Source: Gemmatimonadota bacterium (GTDB lineage: Bacteria > Gemmatimonadota > Gemmatimonadetes > Palauibacterales > Palauibacteraceae). Taken from it: a DNA stretch of 64,000 nucleotides. The notes beneath the pieces were generated by a model. It ran no database searches and was not told where the DNA came from. It was given only the letters and a program-made list of their open reading frames with translations. The stretch is taken from contig OY762926.1 of NCBI GenBank assembly GCA_963666735.1, positions 160,001 through 224,000 of the forward strand, written 5' to 3'. Below, piece by piece: positions 61,801 through 64,000 of this stretch. The stretch's first letter is position 1. Each line of letters opens with the position of its first letter. Both the position numbers and the translations under genes were made by a program.

Positions 61801-64000
61801 TCACGTCCCCTGGTTGGTTCCCCGGTTCGTCGCCTGGTCGGTCCCCTGGTGCGAGCCGGCTTCGTCCCCCTGTTCGACGATGGCCCCGCCGCGGCTCATG
61901 AGGAAGGCCGGGCTCTCCGCCACACCGAGGATGAAGGCGGACATGCGGTAGCCCTCCGCCTCCGCGCGACGCGTGATCCGGCGGACGGTCGGCATATCGA
62001 AGTACTCGACGCGGCGTCCGAGCGCGTAGGCCATGAGGTTCTCGGTGAACGTCCTCGCCAGCGACTCGCGCCGCGAGAGAAGGGCGGTCCGCAGGTCGGC
62101 CGGCCCCGCGAGCGGCGTCCCGTCGTACAGGTCGCCGCTGGGATCGACCGTGCGCCCCTGGTCCCTGATCCGGTAGGCGCCCGTCACGTCGAAGTTCTCG
62201 AGCGCGAGCCCCAGCGGATCGATGACGCGGTGGCAGGAACGGCAGGCGGGACTCGCCCGGTGCATCTCCAGCCGCTCGCGCACCGTCAGGAAGCGGCCCT
62301 CCTCGGCTTCGTCGATCGCCTCGAGATCGGGCACGTCCGGGGGCGGAGGGGGCGGCGGCGTCCCGAACAGTACCTCCATGATCCACTTGCCCCGCAGCAC
62401 CGGTGAGGTCCGGTTCGCGTGCGAGGTCGAGGTGAGAATGCTCCCGTGCGCCAGCACGCCGCGGCGGATGCCGTCGGGATAGTCGACCCTCCGGAAGTGG
62501 GTGCCGGCCACGCCGGAGATGCCGTAGTGCCGCGCGAGCCGCTCGTTCACGAAGGTGTAGTCCGCCGTCAGCAACTCGAAGAAGCTGCGGTCCTCCCGCA
62601 CGACGTGCTCGAACAGAAGCTCCGTCTCGCGTCGCATGTCGCGGGCGAGTTGCTCGTAGAAGTCGGGGAAGCGGAGCGCATCCGGGTGGACGTTGTCGAG
62701 GTCCTGCAGCCTCAGCCACTGCGCGGCGAAGCGCGTCGCGAGCCCCTCGGCGTTCGGGTGCGCGAGCATGCGGCGGACTTGGGTCGCCACTCCGCCGCCG
62801 TCGTCGAGCCCGCCCGTCCGCGCGGCTTCGATGAGTGCCTCGTCCGGCGGCATCCCCCACAGGAAGAAGGCGAGGCGCGAGGCGAGATCGAGCGGCGCAA
62901 TGCGGTACGGGCCCTCGGTGCCGGCCCCGGCTGCACCGGCGGGCGGTTCCTCAAAGCGGAAGATGAAGTCCGGGCTGGCGAGGATGCCCTGAAGCGCCGT
63001 CCGGACTCCGATCTCGAAGCTGTCCTCGAAGCCGTCGTCGAAGCCGTCCTCCGCCGCGCCGGCGTCGTACAGGGCGAGGAGCGGGTCGATGTCCGCCGCG
63101 TCCACCGGCCGCCGGTAGGCCCGCGCCGCCAGGCGCTCCACGATCTCCCGCGCGCAGCGGCGCTCCGCCGCCTCATCCCCGGTTTCGGGCCGGCACGTCA
63201 GCACGCGGGCCCGGGTCGGCGTCTCCGACACGCCCGACACGCCGAACGGCCCCCGGATCGTGAGGTCGCGGAGGTGGGCGACGACCGTGATCCCGTGCGA
63301 ATAGCCGATCTTCTTGTCGGCGAGACTCCATTCGTGCGGCGACACCAGGTCTTCGATCGGTCCGTCGAAGCGCTTGATGAAGGCGGCGGACACCCGGTGC
63401 GCCCCGGCCGTCACGTGAATCGGCTGCGTCTCGACCTGGACCCCGTCGGGATCCTGGCGGTGCATCCAGCGGTCGATGTCGATGAGCGCCCGCCGTTCCC
63501 CGTCCACGGAGAGTTCGACCTGCTCGTCGAAGGGCGTCGTCTGCCCGAAGAAGTTCCCGGTCGATTCGTGTTGGAAGGCGAGCCGGAAGATGTAGTCGCC
63601 GTCCGCCGCAAAGTTGTGGACGACGGAGATCCCGCCGCGCGTGCCGATCGGGGTTCCCGGCACATGCTGTCGCTGCTCGGCGTAGCGGGACACCTCGTAT
63701 TCCGTCTCGCTGGGCGTCACGGTCGGGTCCCCGAGCGCGAGCCGGCTGATTTCGCTCGCCGCGGTCAGGTATCCCTCGAGCAGGGTCGCGGAGAGGTTCT
63801 GGACGTCCGCGATGTTGTCGAAGCCCGCGCTGATCGTCTCGTTCGGCAGGTAGGCGGAGGCGTCGATATCGAGTCCGAGCAGCGCCCGGATCGAGCGCTC
63901 GTACTCCGCCCGGTTCAGCCGCTGGAAGGAGCGGACGCCGGGGTCGGGCCGATCGGCCGCGACGGCATCGACACGCGCTTCGAGCGTCTCGGCGAGCTCG
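61801..64000 (-). CDS. DUF1592/DUF1588/DUF1585 (PSD) domain protein, 5' end beyond the window
   Basis: RLNRAEY, GFDN, LASRLAFFLW..PD, TSPVLRGKW, CRSCH, DPLGLALENFD. Confidence 0.9.
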   Translation of the reverse strand, partial: ELAETLEARVDAVAADRPDPGVRSFQRLNRAEYERSIRALLGLDIDASAYLPNETISAGFDNIADVQNLSATLLEGYLTAASEISRLALGDPTVTPSETEYEVSRYAEQRQHVPGTPIGTRGGISVVHNFAADGDYIFRLAFQHESTGNFFGQTTPFDEQVELSVDGERRALIDIDRWMHRQDPDGVQVETQPIHVTAGAHRVSAAFIKRFDGPIEDLVSPHEWSLADKKIGYSHGITVVAHLRDLTIRGPFGVSGVSETPTRARVLTCRPETGDEAAERRCAREIVERLAARAYRRPVDAADIDPLLALYDAGAAEDGFDDGFEDSFEIGVRTALQGILASPDFIFRFEEPPAGAAGAGTEGPYRIAPLDLASRLAFFLWGMPPDEALIEAARTGGLDDGGGVATQVRRMLAHPNAEGLATRFAAQWLRLQDLDNVHPDALRFPDFYEQLARDMRRETELLFEHVVREDRSFFELLTADYTFVNERLARHYGISGVAGTHFRRVDYPDGIRRGVLAHGSILTSTSHANRTSPVLRGKWIMEVLFGTPPPPPPPDVPDLEAIDEAEEGRFLTVRERLEMHRASPACRSCHRVIDPLGLALENFDVTGAYRIRDQGRTVDPSGDLYDGTPLAGPADLRTALLSRRESLARTFTENLMAYALGRRVEYFDMPTVRRITRRAEAEGYRMSAFILGVAESPAFLMSRGGAIVEQGDEAGSHQGTDQATNRGTNQGT

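Noticed and set aside
1..64000. tRNA, rRNA or cas genes
   Set aside because: None recognised by eye; the integrases do not appear to target tRNA here.

Overview
GC-rich bacterial chromosomal window. The gene content (VPS10/BNR hydrolase, DUF1592-DUF1552-ankyrin triad, an FHAKYPLQVK-type protein) suggests Gemmatimonadota, which is inference only. 1-2.3 kb: trailer end of a type I-G(I-U)-like CRISPR array (30 repeats plus a degenerate terminal copy; no cas genes in the window). 2.3-20.5 kb: an IS graveyard and MGE remnant with IS630 x2, IS3, IS110, ISNCY, IS1182/IS5-like and IS21 pieces. It also holds a doubly IS-hit bacteriocin-like gene with a coupled 38-aa membrane peptide, a MazF TA pair, a Replic_Relax-like gene, a structured non-coding element and an orphan CRISPR repeat. 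20.6-28.4 kb: SBP, VPS10 hydrolase, PutP-like symporter, TPR-TlpA. 28.5-49.2 kb: two nested integrative mobilizable elements with paralogous tyrosine recombinases. The inner ~15 kb element is bounded by a 7-bp CGATTCG duplication and sits in the leader of the outer element's integrase. It carries a type I R-M operon whose HsdM is fused to a PIN toxin domain, plus GmrSD and a second PIN TA pair, and a ColE1-like mob region. 49.3-64 kb: core-like metabolic and transport genes. Best candidates for novelty: the HsdM-PIN guard-like defence operon, the integrase-leader-targeting nested element and the cryptic bacteriocin/immunity pair. All family calls are from visual motif recognition; no database searches were run.
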